Part shown: piece by piece, positions 1 through 7,584 of the stretch
Position numbering within the stretch: position 1 is the first letter of the stretch
Layout of the letters: each line of letters begins with the position of its first letter
Notes under the pieces: model-generated
Databases searched by the model: none
The model's input: the letters and a program-made list of their open reading frames with translations, nothing else
What the model was told of the DNA's origin: nothing
NCBI GenBank assembly: GCA_015066365.1
Contig: SVON01000003.1
Coordinates: 61,416 to 125,415, forward strand
Source: Oscillospiraceae bacterium
GTDB taxonomy: Bacteria > Bacillota > Clostridia > Oscillospirales > Acutalibacteraceae
Reading direction: 5' to 3'
Length of the DNA: 64,000 nt
Translations under genes and position numbers: made by a program

Positions 1-619
1 GCACGCGGTGCACAACGCCACCTACGTCCTCATCGCTTCTCCGGTGGGTTCGTACTACAAAGAAGGCATCAACCCGGTGAAGATTATGATCGAGACCGAA
101 GATGTGCGTGCGGTGCGCGGCGGCACCGGTGAAGCCAAGTGCGGCGGCAACTACGCCGCATCCAACCGGGCCGGCAAGCGGGCGGAGGAAAAGGGCTATT
201 CTCAGGTGCTGTGGCTGGACGGTGTCCACCGCAAGTACATTGAGGAGGTGGGCGCCATGAACGTGATGTTCAAGATCAAGGGCGAGATCGTCACCCCGGC
301 GCTGTCCGGCTCCATCCTGCCCGGCATCACCCGCAAGTCCATCATCGAGGTGCTGAAAGACAAGGGCTACACCGTGTCCGAGCGGCTCTTATCCATCGAC
401 GAGCTGACCGCCGCTATGGCGGACGGCACCTTGGAAGAGGCCTGGGGCTGCGGTACCGCCGCGGTGGTGTCTCCCATCGGCGAGCTGGCCTATGAGGGCA
501 GGCAGTATCCCGTCAACGGCGGCGAAATCGGCCCCGTGACCCAGATGCTGTACGATACCCTCACCGGCATTCAGTGGGGCAAGACCCCCGACCCCTACGG
601 CTGGACCGTGCAGCTGTAA
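1..619 (+). CDS. ilvE: branched-chain amino acid aminotransferase, C-terminal part (5' end outside window; reading frame of ORF 8..619)
   Basis: ORF is open to the window edge. Translation resembles fold-type IV aminotransferases (GGTGEAKCGGNYAAS, EEVGAMNVMF, GITRKSIIE). A terminator follows. Confidence 0.85.
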   Translation, partial: HAVHNATYVLIASPVGSYYKEGINPVKIMIETEDVRAVRGGTGEAKCGGNYAASNRAGKRAEEKGYSQVLWLDGVHRKYIEEVGAMNVMFKIKGEIVTPALSGSILPGITRKSIIEVLKDKGYTVSERLLSIDELTAAMADGTLEEAWGCGTAAVVSPIGELAYEGRQYPVNGGEIGPVTQMLYDTLTGIQWGKTPDPYGWTVQL

Positions 620-629
620 ATTGAGAGAA

Positions 630-665
630 AGGCTCACAAGGTCATCCACCTTGTGAGCCTTTTTA
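630..665 (+). terminator. rho-independent terminator of ilvE
   Basis: aggctcacaagg / ccttgtgagcct stem followed by a T-run. Confidence 0.75.
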
Positions 666-687
666 TGTGTGGTGAATAGACCAAAGG

Positions 688-817
688 CCCCCTTGTGCAA
701 AGGGGGCTGTCAGCCGTTAGGCTGACTGGGGGATTGTTAATTGACAAAACGTGTGTGTAGTTGACAATCCCTCCGACCTCGCTATCGCTCGGCCACCTCC
801 CTTTACACAAGGGAGGC
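688..817. repeat. hairpin-rich intergenic repeat element (three short GC hairpins)
   Basis: Hairpins at 688-706 (cccccttgtgcaaaggggg), 709-726 (gtcagccgttaggctgac) and 796-816 (cctccct..agggagg). Segment 772-817 is closely similar to 19518-19562. Confidence 0.5.
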
Positions 818-842
818 TACGGGGAACTTCGTTGTTTGAAAG

Positions 843-871
843 TTGACTTTTAATAGGTGTAATGATACAAT
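843..871 (+). promoter_or_regulatory. sigma-A type promoter for the AT-rich orphan gene
   Basis: TTGACT (843-848), 17-bp spacer, TACAAT (866-871). Confidence 0.5.
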
Positions 872-906
872 TAATAAAGGTTGTGTTGTAAAAGGAGTTG
901 TGCTTT

Positions 907-1575
907 ATGGGTATATTTGCAGATTTAAGAGCGATTGCCAATGTTCAAAAAATCAGAAATGGTAGCACTGCAAAACTCTCTATATCTCAGATTACGAATT
1001 TACTTGTAAATATGATGGATGCTAGAAACAATCTTTCAGTGCAGCAGTACAGAGAAGTTTGTATACTTTTCGAACGACTTCGCAAGGATAAGAAGAAAAT
1101 AAAAGTTGATTACAGGGAATATTTGCGCATTGCTTTAGGAATAATTATGGAATTTGATTTGATTGCACCCTATGAACTCTTTTGTGGAGGGGATAGCGAG
1201 GAGTTCTCTTTGTTATTGAATGCGGTGCGACAAGAAACTAGGCCAAGTGCTGATTTTGAATTGAGTATGGAAGAAAAACAGTACGCCAAAGAATTAGTGA
1301 AAAAGTCAAATGGAATAATTACCGAGGAAGAATCAATAGGTTTTGTCAAAATACTATTATTGCAAGCAAGGTTTGACAAAGAGAAAATTATAGATGCGTT
1401 TGACGACTTTTCATATGATATCGTTAATAAGTGTGGCGAGATTTCCTCTATAGCTAAAGTATCGTTTTTTATAGGAGCTTTGAATGCTAATGGTATCATT
1501 AGCGAAAGTGAAATGCATGAAATGAATGATTCTTTTAATAAAGTGATTATGGAAACACTTATGAATAAACAATAA
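907..1575 (+). CDS. hypothetical protein encoded in an AT-rich island
   Basis: ATG at 907 lies 9 nt after AAAGGAG. The 222-aa protein looks mostly helical and I recognise no motif. Composition is sharply A/T-rich compared with the flanks. Confidence 0.7.
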   Translation: MGIFADLRAIANVQKIRNGSTAKLSISQITNLLVNMMDARNNLSVQQYREVCILFERLRKDKKKIKVDYREYLRIALGIIMEFDLIAPYELFCGGDSEEFSLLLNAVRQETRPSADFELSMEEKQYAKELVKKSNGIITEEESIGFVKILLLQARFDKEKIIDAFDDFSYDIVNKCGEISSIAKVSFFIGALNANGIISESEMHEMNDSFNKVIMETLMNKQ

Positions 1576-1593
1576 AAAATCTCGCCGCCCCAC

Positions 1594-1622
1594 TTGACAA
1601 ACCGGTGGGGTGGTGCTATAAT
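1594..1622 (+). promoter_or_regulatory. consensus sigma-A promoter of the T-box operon
   Basis: TTGACA (1594-1599), 17-bp spacer, TATAAT (1617-1622). Confidence 0.7.
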
Positions 1623-1644
1623 TCCTTTAACACTTTAACTTGTG

Positions 1645-1911
1645 AAATGCGTTGACGGAGAATTTCTCGTTCATCCGAACGTCCCAGAGAGCCGCCGTTG
1701 CTGTGAGGGCGGCACGTTCCGAATGAGAGTCTGGCTCCTGAGCAGAGTGCCCCAACCCTTTTGGCAGTAGGGCATTACGGCTTGCCCCGTTACCATGGCA
1801 GGAGGCTTGTTGGAGCCTTGCAGAGTGACCGCTTATGCGGTAATTAGGGTGGTACCACGGAATGACATTTCGTCCCTAAGGCATAGTATTGCCTTAGGGT
1901 TTTTTATTTTT
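1645..1911 (+). promoter_or_regulatory. T-box riboswitch leader (tRNA-sensing transcription attenuator)
   Basis: Stem I K-turn pair GCGUUGACGGAG / CUCCUGAGC. AG-bulge CAGAGAG with a distal loop. T-box motif AATTAGGGTGGTACCACGG at 1842-1860. Terminator ccctaaggc/gccttaggg (1874-1899) plus T-run, whose 5' arm can pair with TAGGG of the T-box as an antiterminator. Confidence 0.85.
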
Positions 1912-1948
1912 GGCGTGCCAACACGCGCACACAGAGGAGAGAGTTTGT

Positions 1949-3313
1949 ATGAAACACATCCGCATCGCCGACACGACCTTGTGTCAGGGTAACTACACCT
2001 TCAAGGAGAAGATCGAGATGGCCCGCCAGTTGGAAAAACTGGGGGTGGACGTGATCGAGCTGCCCGCCATCACCGAGGTGCGCTCCGACACCCTGTTGGT
2101 GCGCACCATGGCCTCCTTTGTGAAGAATGCCATTCTGTCGGTGGCGGCGGGTGTCACCGCCGAGAGCGTGGAGTTGGCGGCTGCCGCCCTGGAGGGTGCC
2201 GCCAAGCCCCAAATCCGTATTCAGCTGCCGGTGTCCCCGGTGGGGATGGAATACACCTGCCACAAAAAGGCGGATAAGATGCTGGGTTGGATCTCCGAGA
2301 TCGTTGCCGCCGCCAAGCAAAAGGGCGTGGCGGTGGAATTCTGCGCCGTGGACGCCACCCGTGCCGACGACGGCTATCTGCAGAAAGCCATTGATGCCGC
2401 CACCGAGGCCGGGGCGGATACCGTCTCCGTGTGGGATTCCACCGGTGGTCGTCTGCCGGACGATTTCGCCGCCTTTGTGAACGAGATCAAGACCGACCTG
2501 CCCCTGGGCGTGGCCTGCGATAACCAAAACGGCCTGGCCGCTGCCTCCGCCATTTTGGCGGTGCAGGCCGGCGCCGACTGCGTCAAGACCGCCATCGGCG
2601 GTGCCATCACCGACCTTGTCACCTTTGCAACGATGGTGAAAAACTGCGGCGACAGCTACGGCTTTGCCACCGGCATCCGTTACACCGAGATGGGCCGCAT
2701 CGTGGGGCAGATCGCCTGGATCACCGACCCGGCCCGCAACGAGAAGCCCGCCGGTGTCACCGCCACCGCCGCTGAGGGTATCCAGCTGGACGCCAACGAC
2801 GACCGGGAGGCGGTTGCTGCTGCGGTAGCCAAACTGGGCTACGACCTGTCCGAGGAAGACTCCGCCCGCGTCTATGAGGAGTTTTGCCGGGTGGCGGAGA
2901 AAAAGACGGTGGCCGCCAAGGAACTGGAGGCCATCGTGGCCAACGTGGCTATGCAGGTACCGGACGCTTATCAGTTGGTCAGCTACGTCATCAACTCCGG
3001 TAACATCATCTCCGCTTCCGCACAAATCTCGTTACAGCGCGACGGAAAAACCCTCCAGAGCGTGTCCATCGGGGATGGCCCCATCGACGCCGCCTTCAAG
3101 GCGATTGACCAGATCATCGGTCACCACTACGAGCTGGACGATTTCCAGATTCAAGCGGTCACCGAGGGCAAAGAGGCGGTGGGTCAGGCGCTGGTGAAGC
3201 TCCGTGACCGGGGACGGCTCTATTCCGGCACCGGTATCTCCACCGACATTCTGGGCGCCTCTCTGCGGGCCTATCTCAACGCCGTTAATAAGATCATTTA
3301 TGAGGAGGGTTAA
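1949..3313 (+). CDS. 2-isopropylmalate/citramalate synthase-like protein with degenerate catalytic motifs and an intact LeuA-type C-terminal regulatory domain
   Basis: ATG at 1949 follows GAGGAGAG. The HMGL-like fold is recognisable (IADTTL.., VDVIELP, EFCAVDATR), as is a C-terminal LeuA_dimer-like region (GDGPIDAAFKAID...TEGKEAVGQA...G.GISTDILGAS). The canonical RDGEQ and HxH motifs are replaced. Confidence 0.75.
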   Translation: MKHIRIADTTLCQGNYTFKEKIEMARQLEKLGVDVIELPAITEVRSDTLLVRTMASFVKNAILSVAAGVTAESVELAAAALEGAAKPQIRIQLPVSPVGMEYTCHKKADKMLGWISEIVAAAKQKGVAVEFCAVDATRADDGYLQKAIDAATEAGADTVSVWDSTGGRLPDDFAAFVNEIKTDLPLGVACDNQNGLAAASAILAVQAGADCVKTAIGGAITDLVTFATMVKNCGDSYGFATGIRYTEMGRIVGQIAWITDPARNEKPAGVTATAAEGIQLDANDDREAVAAAVAKLGYDLSEEDSARVYEEFCRVAEKKTVAAKELEAIVANVAMQVPDAYQLVSYVINSGNIISASAQISLQRDGKTLQSVSIGDGPIDAAFKAIDQIIGHHYELDDFQIQAVTEGKEAVGQALVKLRDRGRLYSGTGISTDILGASLRAYLNAVNKIIYEEG

Positions 3314-3316
3314 CGA

Positions 3317-5821
3317 ATGAAACTCTCTTTTTCAACCAAGGGGTGGCATAGTCCCACCTTTGAGCAGTTCTGCGACGTGGCGAAAGACCTGCGTTTTCAG
3401 GGCATTGAACTGCACAATATCTACAACCGCCTGTTCACCGACAAGGACGGCGCTTTTCACGATTACGCTGCCGCGGCGACCCGTCGCCGCCTGTTTGAAA
3501 AGGGGCTGGATATCCCCTGCATCGACACGGTGTGCAACGCTTCTGACGGTCCCACCGACCGGGCGGTGGAGGAGATCACCCGGTGCGTGGAGATCGCCGC
3601 CAATCTGTCCATCCCCTGCGTGCGGTTGAAGGCCGCTGACGCCGAGGATAAAGAGGCCGCTGTGGCGCAGGTGTCGGCGTTGGTTCAGCGGATGCTGCCC
3701 ACCGCCGAGTCACAAAAGGTGACGCTGATTATCGAAACCTCCGGTCTGTTTGCCGATACGGCGGTGCTCCGCGATCTGCTGGACCGCTTTGCCAGCGATC
3801 ACGTAGCGGCGCTGTGGCATTGGTCTGCCGCCTATTTCGGCGGCGGCGAAACGCCGGAGCAGGTGATTAAGAACCTGGGTGCCTACGTGCGCCACGTCCA
3901 CGTCAGCGATGCCGTCTGTCACGAGGCGGGTCTGGAATACTGTCTGATGGGGGAGGGCGATCTGCCGGTCAAGGAGCTGATGCTGGCTCTGCGCTCGGTC
4001 AACTACGACGGCTTTATCTCGCTGGTGTGGGATCCGGTCTGGTGCCCCGAACTGGACGATATGGAGGTGATCCTCACCCAGTTTGTCCACTATATGCGCC
4101 AGTTTGGGGATACCTCCCGCAACGAGAGCGCCCTCTACTGGAATCGCGCCCATACCGGTAAATACGTGTGGGAAAAGGACCGGCTTATCGACTGCACCTT
4201 CTCTCAGGTGCTGGATCGGATGGTGGAGGAATTCCCCGATCAGTACTGCTTCAAGTACACCACCCTGGATTACACCCGCACCTACGCCCAGTTCCGGGAC
4301 GACGTGGACGAGTGTGCCCGCGCCCTGATCGCCATGGGGGTCAAGGCCGGCACCCACGTGGCGGTATGGGCCTCCAACGTGCCCCAGTGGTACATCGCCT
4401 TTTGGGCGACGGTAAAGCTGGGCGCGGTGCTGGTGACGGTGAACACCGCCTATAAGATTCACGAGATCGAGTATCTTCTGCGCCAGTCGGATAGCCACAC
4501 CCTGATTATGACCGAGGGGGCCAAGGATTGCCACTACGGCAAGATCGTGGCAGAGCTTTGCCCGGAACTGGCCTCGCTGAAACCCGGTCAGCCCCTCCAC
4601 GCCAAGCGCCTGCCTTTTCTGCGCAACGTGGTGACGGTGGGCTATCGGCAAAAGGGCTGTCTGGAGTGGAACGACCTGATGGAGCGGGCATCGCAAACCC
4701 CGCTGTCTGAGGTGCACCGGATGGCCGCCTTGGTCAACAAGGACGACGTGTGCAATATGCAGTATACCTCCGGCACCACCGGCTTCCCCAAGGGCGTGAT
4801 GCTGACCCACTACAACGTGGTGAACAACGGCAAATACATCGGCGACCACATGGAGCTGTCCACCGCCGACCGGATGATGATCCAGGTGCCGATGTTCCAT
4901 TGTTTCGGTATGGTGTTGAGTATGACCGCCAGTATGACCCACGGCACCACCATGTTGCCCCTGCCGTATTTCTCGCCCAAGCCGGCGCTGGCCTGCGTCC
5001 ACAATGAGCACGTCACCGCCTTTAACGGCGTGCCCACCATGTTTATTGCGATGATGCAGCACCCGGATTTTGAAAAGACGGATTTCTCCTATCTGCGTAT
5101 CGGCATTATGGCGGGCTCCAACTGCCCCGCCGACCTGATGAAGGAGGCCGCCAACGGACGGATGGGGATGAAGGAGATCGTGTCGGTGTATGGCCAGACC
5201 GAGGCCGCCCCCGGCTGTACGATGAGCAGCTACTACGACTCGCTGGAGGTGCGTACCGAAACGGTGGGCAGCGCCTTTGCCAACGTAGAGTGCAAGATCA
5301 TTGACCCCGAGACCGGTGCCGATTGTCCGGATGGGGTCAATGGCGAGTTCGTGGCCCGGGGCTATAACATTATGAAGGGGTATTACAAGATGCCCGCCGC
5401 CACCGCCGAGGCCATCGACGCTCAGGGCTGGCTTCATACCGGCGACCTGGCCTGCCGCCGCCCCGACGGCAACTATAACATCACCGGCCGTCTGAAGGAT
5501 ATGATCATCCGGGGCGGCGAAAATATCTATCCCAAAGAGATTGAGGAATTTATCTATACCTGCCCCAAGGTGCGGGACGTGCAGGTCATCGGTGTGCCGG
5601 ACGAGAAGTACGGCGAGGAGATCATGGCCTGCGTCATTCTCAAGGAGGGGGAACGGATGACCGAGACGGAAATGTCTCAGTATATCGCCGCCCATATGGC
5701 CCGGCACAAGGTGCCCCGCTACATCCGATTTGTGGAAAAATTTCCTATGAATGCCGCGGGCAAAATTCTTAAATATAAGATGAGAGAAGAAGCCGAGGCG
5801 TGGATCAAAAGTAAGGAGTGA
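3317..5821 (+). CDS. fusion protein: N-terminal xylose-isomerase-like TIM barrel (sugar phosphate isomerase/epimerase family) plus C-terminal AMP-dependent acyl-CoA synthetase/ligase
   Basis: RBS GAGGAGGG precedes the ATG. Residues 1-~270 are TIM-barrel-like (GIELHN.., IIETSG, HVHVSD, ISLVWD). The C-terminal ~560 aa carry ANL motifs (YTSGTTGFPKGVMLTH, GYNIMKGYY, TGDL, GRLKDMIIRGGENIYP). Confidence 0.8.
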   Translation: MKLSFSTKGWHSPTFEQFCDVAKDLRFQGIELHNIYNRLFTDKDGAFHDYAAAATRRRLFEKGLDIPCIDTVCNASDGPTDRAVEEITRCVEIAANLSIPCVRLKAADAEDKEAAVAQVSALVQRMLPTAESQKVTLIIETSGLFADTAVLRDLLDRFASDHVAALWHWSAAYFGGGETPEQVIKNLGAYVRHVHVSDAVCHEAGLEYCLMGEGDLPVKELMLALRSVNYDGFISLVWDPVWCPELDDMEVILTQFVHYMRQFGDTSRNESALYWNRAHTGKYVWEKDRLIDCTFSQVLDRMVEEFPDQYCFKYTTLDYTRTYAQFRDDVDECARALIAMGVKAGTHVAVWASNVPQWYIAFWATVKLGAVLVTVNTAYKIHEIEYLLRQSDSHTLIMTEGAKDCHYGKIVAELCPELASLKPGQPLHAKRLPFLRNVVTVGYRQKGCLEWNDLMERASQTPLSEVHRMAALVNKDDVCNMQYTSGTTGFPKGVMLTHYNVVNNGKYIGDHMELSTADRMMIQVPMFHCFGMVLSMTASMTHGTTMLPLPYFSPKPALACVHNEHVTAFNGVPTMFIAMMQHPDFEKTDFSYLRIGIMAGSNCPADLMKEAANGRMGMKEIVSVYGQTEAAPGCTMSSYYDSLEVRTETVGSAFANVECKIIDPETGADCPDGVNGEFVARGYNIMKGYYKMPAATAEAIDAQGWLHTGDLACRRPDGNYNITGRLKDMIIRGGENIYPKEIEEFIYTCPKVRDVQVIGVPDEKYGEEIMACVILKEGERMTETEMSQYIAAHMARHKVPRYIRFVEKFPMNAAGKILKYKMREEAEAWIKSKE

Positions 5822-5826
5822 CCGCT

Positions 5827-6630
5827 GTGGTCGGACAATATAAAGTGATGGACGCCCACTGTCACGTCTATCCCGCCGCCATCGCCGCCAAAGCGGTGGC
5901 GGGGACCGATGCCTTTTATGGGGTCAAATCGGTGTACGACGGCACGGTGGAAACCCTGCTGGACAAGGAGATCGCCGCCGGGGTGGACCACTGTGTCATC
6001 CAGTCGGTGGCCACCACCCCTAAGCAGGTTAGTAGCATCAACGAGTTTATCGCCCGCACCGTGGCGGCGGGGGAGGGTCGGTTCACCGGCCTGGGCACCC
6101 TCCATCCGGACAGCACCGATTTGGTCGGGGATGTGAACCACATTCTGGAATTGGGGCTCAAAGGCGTAAAACTCCATCCCGACATTCAGGCGTTCAAGAT
6201 CGACGATTATCGGTGCCTGAAAATCTACGAACTGTGTGAACAGCACCACCTTCCGGTGCTGCTCCATACCGGAGACGACCGATACGATTATTCCAACCCC
6301 AACCGCCTATTGCCGGTGCTGGAGATCTACCAGGATCTCACCTTTATCGGCGCTCATCTGGCGGGCTATTCCATCTGGGAGGAGGCCTGCGACAAGCTGG
6401 GCCACGCCCCCAACCTGTACGTGGATTGTTCCTCGTCCTTCTTCTGCCTGTCTACGGAAAAGGCGGAGGAACTGATGCGCCGCTGGGGCGCTGACCGCGT
6501 GCTATTCGGCACGGATTACCCCATGTGGGCGGCGGATAAGGAGCTGGCCACCCTGCTGTCGATGCACTTTAGCGAAGAGGAGTTCAAAAAGATTTTGTGG
6601 GATAATGCGTACCGTCTGTTTGTGGAATAA
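5827..6630 (+). CDS. amidohydrolase-2 family metal-dependent hydrolase/decarboxylase-like protein
   Basis: Motifs MDAHCHVYP, GVKLHPD, PVLLHTGD, AHLAG, LFGTDYPMW. Start is uncertain: GTG 5818 overlaps the upstream stop, GTG 5827 lies 8 nt after AAGGAG, and ATG 5848 is also possible. Confidence 0.8.
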   Translation: MVGQYKVMDAHCHVYPAAIAAKAVAGTDAFYGVKSVYDGTVETLLDKEIAAGVDHCVIQSVATTPKQVSSINEFIARTVAAGEGRFTGLGTLHPDSTDLVGDVNHILELGLKGVKLHPDIQAFKIDDYRCLKIYELCEQHHLPVLLHTGDDRYDYSNPNRLLPVLEIYQDLTFIGAHLAGYSIWEEACDKLGHAPNLYVDCSSSFFCLSTEKAEELMRRWGADRVLFGTDYPMWAADKELATLLSMHFSEEEFKKILWDNAYRLFVE

Positions 6631-6641
6631 CAGAACCAAAA

Positions 6642-6670
6642 AAGAGCCGAGGCGTTAGCCTCGGCTCTTT
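6642..6670. terminator. bidirectional rho-independent terminator between convergent genes
   Basis: aagagccgaggc / gcctcggctctt 12-bp arms with a 4-nt loop. Confidence 0.7.
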
Positions 6671-6678
6671 CCGATTTC

Positions 6679-6885
6679 TCACGTCTGATATTCCAAAATG
6701 TCACCGACGTTGCACTCCAGCGCCTCGCAAATGGCCGCCAGGGTGGAAAAACGCACCGCCGTCACCTTGTTGTTTTTGATCTTGGAGAGGTTGACGTTGG
6801 AGATGCCCACCCGCTCAGCCAGTTCATTGAGGGACATTTTTCGCTCCACCATCATCCGGTCCAATCGGAGAACGATCTTACCCAT
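6679..6885 (-). CDS. small XRE/Cro-type helix-turn-helix transcriptional regulator
   Basis: 68 aa starting MGKIVLRLDRMM..., with HTH segment SLNELAERVGISNVNLSKI. RBS AAGGAGG. Sits directly downstream of the membrane-protein gene. Confidence 0.85.
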   Translation of the reverse strand: MGKIVLRLDRMMVERKMSLNELAERVGISNVNLSKIKNNKVTAVRFSTLAAICEALECNVGDILEYQT

Positions 6886-6895
6886 ACCGCCCTCC

Positions 6896-7456
6896 TTACA
6901 GCAGACCGTCCACGTCCTGCTCCAGCTGGGCACCGTGGACGAAGATCTGGGTCAGGCACAGCACGAGCACCCCCATAAAGACGCCGTTCATATCCATACT
7001 GTTCTCGGTGGCGTCCACGCCGGTGATCAGACGGACGACGATACTCATGATCAGGCCCACCACCGGCACGGCGATGGAGAAATAGCCGATCTCCCGCATC
7101 CTGCGGATGTTGTCCTTTTGGAAGGGGGAGGCGTTTTCGGAGTTCTTAAAGATCAAATGCAGGTTGCGGAATACCAGCGCCATCACCGCCAGGATAAGGG
7201 TGGCCCCGATGCCAAACAGCAGAAAGGCGGTCCAATCCATCTCACCGTGGATCACCGGCACGTTGGTCTGAAAGCCGTACACCGTCAGGGTGGCACCGCA
7301 GCACTCCTTGGCCTCAAAGCCTACAAAGTATTTGACCCACTCCGGCTGAATGGCGGCACATACGGTGGCGGCGGCCATCAGGGCGGTTCCCACCCAATGG
7401 AATACCTCCAAAATCTTAGCCAGTATGTTTCCGAGTTTATAGAAATTCTTTTTCAT
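6896..7456 (-). CDS. multi-pass membrane protein (DUF2975-like partner of the small HTH regulator)
   Basis: ATG at 7456 follows AGGAGG. Several hydrophobic segments. The gene pair arrangement is typical of DUF2975 plus HTH; the family assignment is from memory. Confidence 0.65.
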   Translation of the reverse strand: MKKNFYKLGNILAKILEVFHWVGTALMAAATVCAAIQPEWVKYFVGFEAKECCGATLTVYGFQTNVPVIHGEMDWTAFLLFGIGATLILAVMALVFRNLHLIFKNSENASPFQKDNIRRMREIGYFSIAVPVVGLIMSIVVRLITGVDATENSMDMNGVFMGVLVLCLTQIFVHGAQLEQDVDGLL

Positions 7457-7489
7457 AAAGCAGACCTCCTTGGTGGTTTCTTTACCACA

Positions 7490-7544
7490 AGCATAGCACA
7501 AATTTTAATGTTTGTCAATAGGAATTTATCGATAAACATTAAAA
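7490..7544 (-). promoter_or_regulatory. promoter overlapped by a 14-bp-arm palindrome (candidate operator of the XRE regulator)
   Basis: On the minus strand: TTGACA (7513-7518), 17-bp spacer, TATGCT (7490-7495). Inverted repeat ttttaatgtttgtc (7503-7516) / gataaacattaaaa (7531-7544) has one mismatch and overlaps the -35. Confidence 0.5.
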
Positions 7545-7556
7545 ACAAGCCAAAAC

Positions 7557-7584
7557 AAGAGCCGAGGCAGATGCCTCGGCTCTT
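7557..7584 (-). terminator. terminator hairpin downstream of plsC
   Basis: aagagccgaggc / gcctcggctctt, with arms identical to the hairpin at 6642-6669. Confidence 0.6.

Noticed and set aside
3710-5707. 665-aa ORF antisense to the TIM-barrel/ligase fusion. Similar long antisense or alternate-frame ORFs occur at 1904-3025, 9657-10829, 16218-17378, 22218-23735, 29752-32445, 32618-35641, 37742-40399, 40574-43150, 43979-45898, 48817-50865, 55055-59059 and 60263-61438.
   Set aside because: Their translations are low-complexity (G/H/V/L/R/D-rich) with no motifs or RBS. Each lies opposite a sense-strand ORF with clear family signatures. Such ORFs are expected in GC-rich DNA, where stop codons are rare in the antisense frame.
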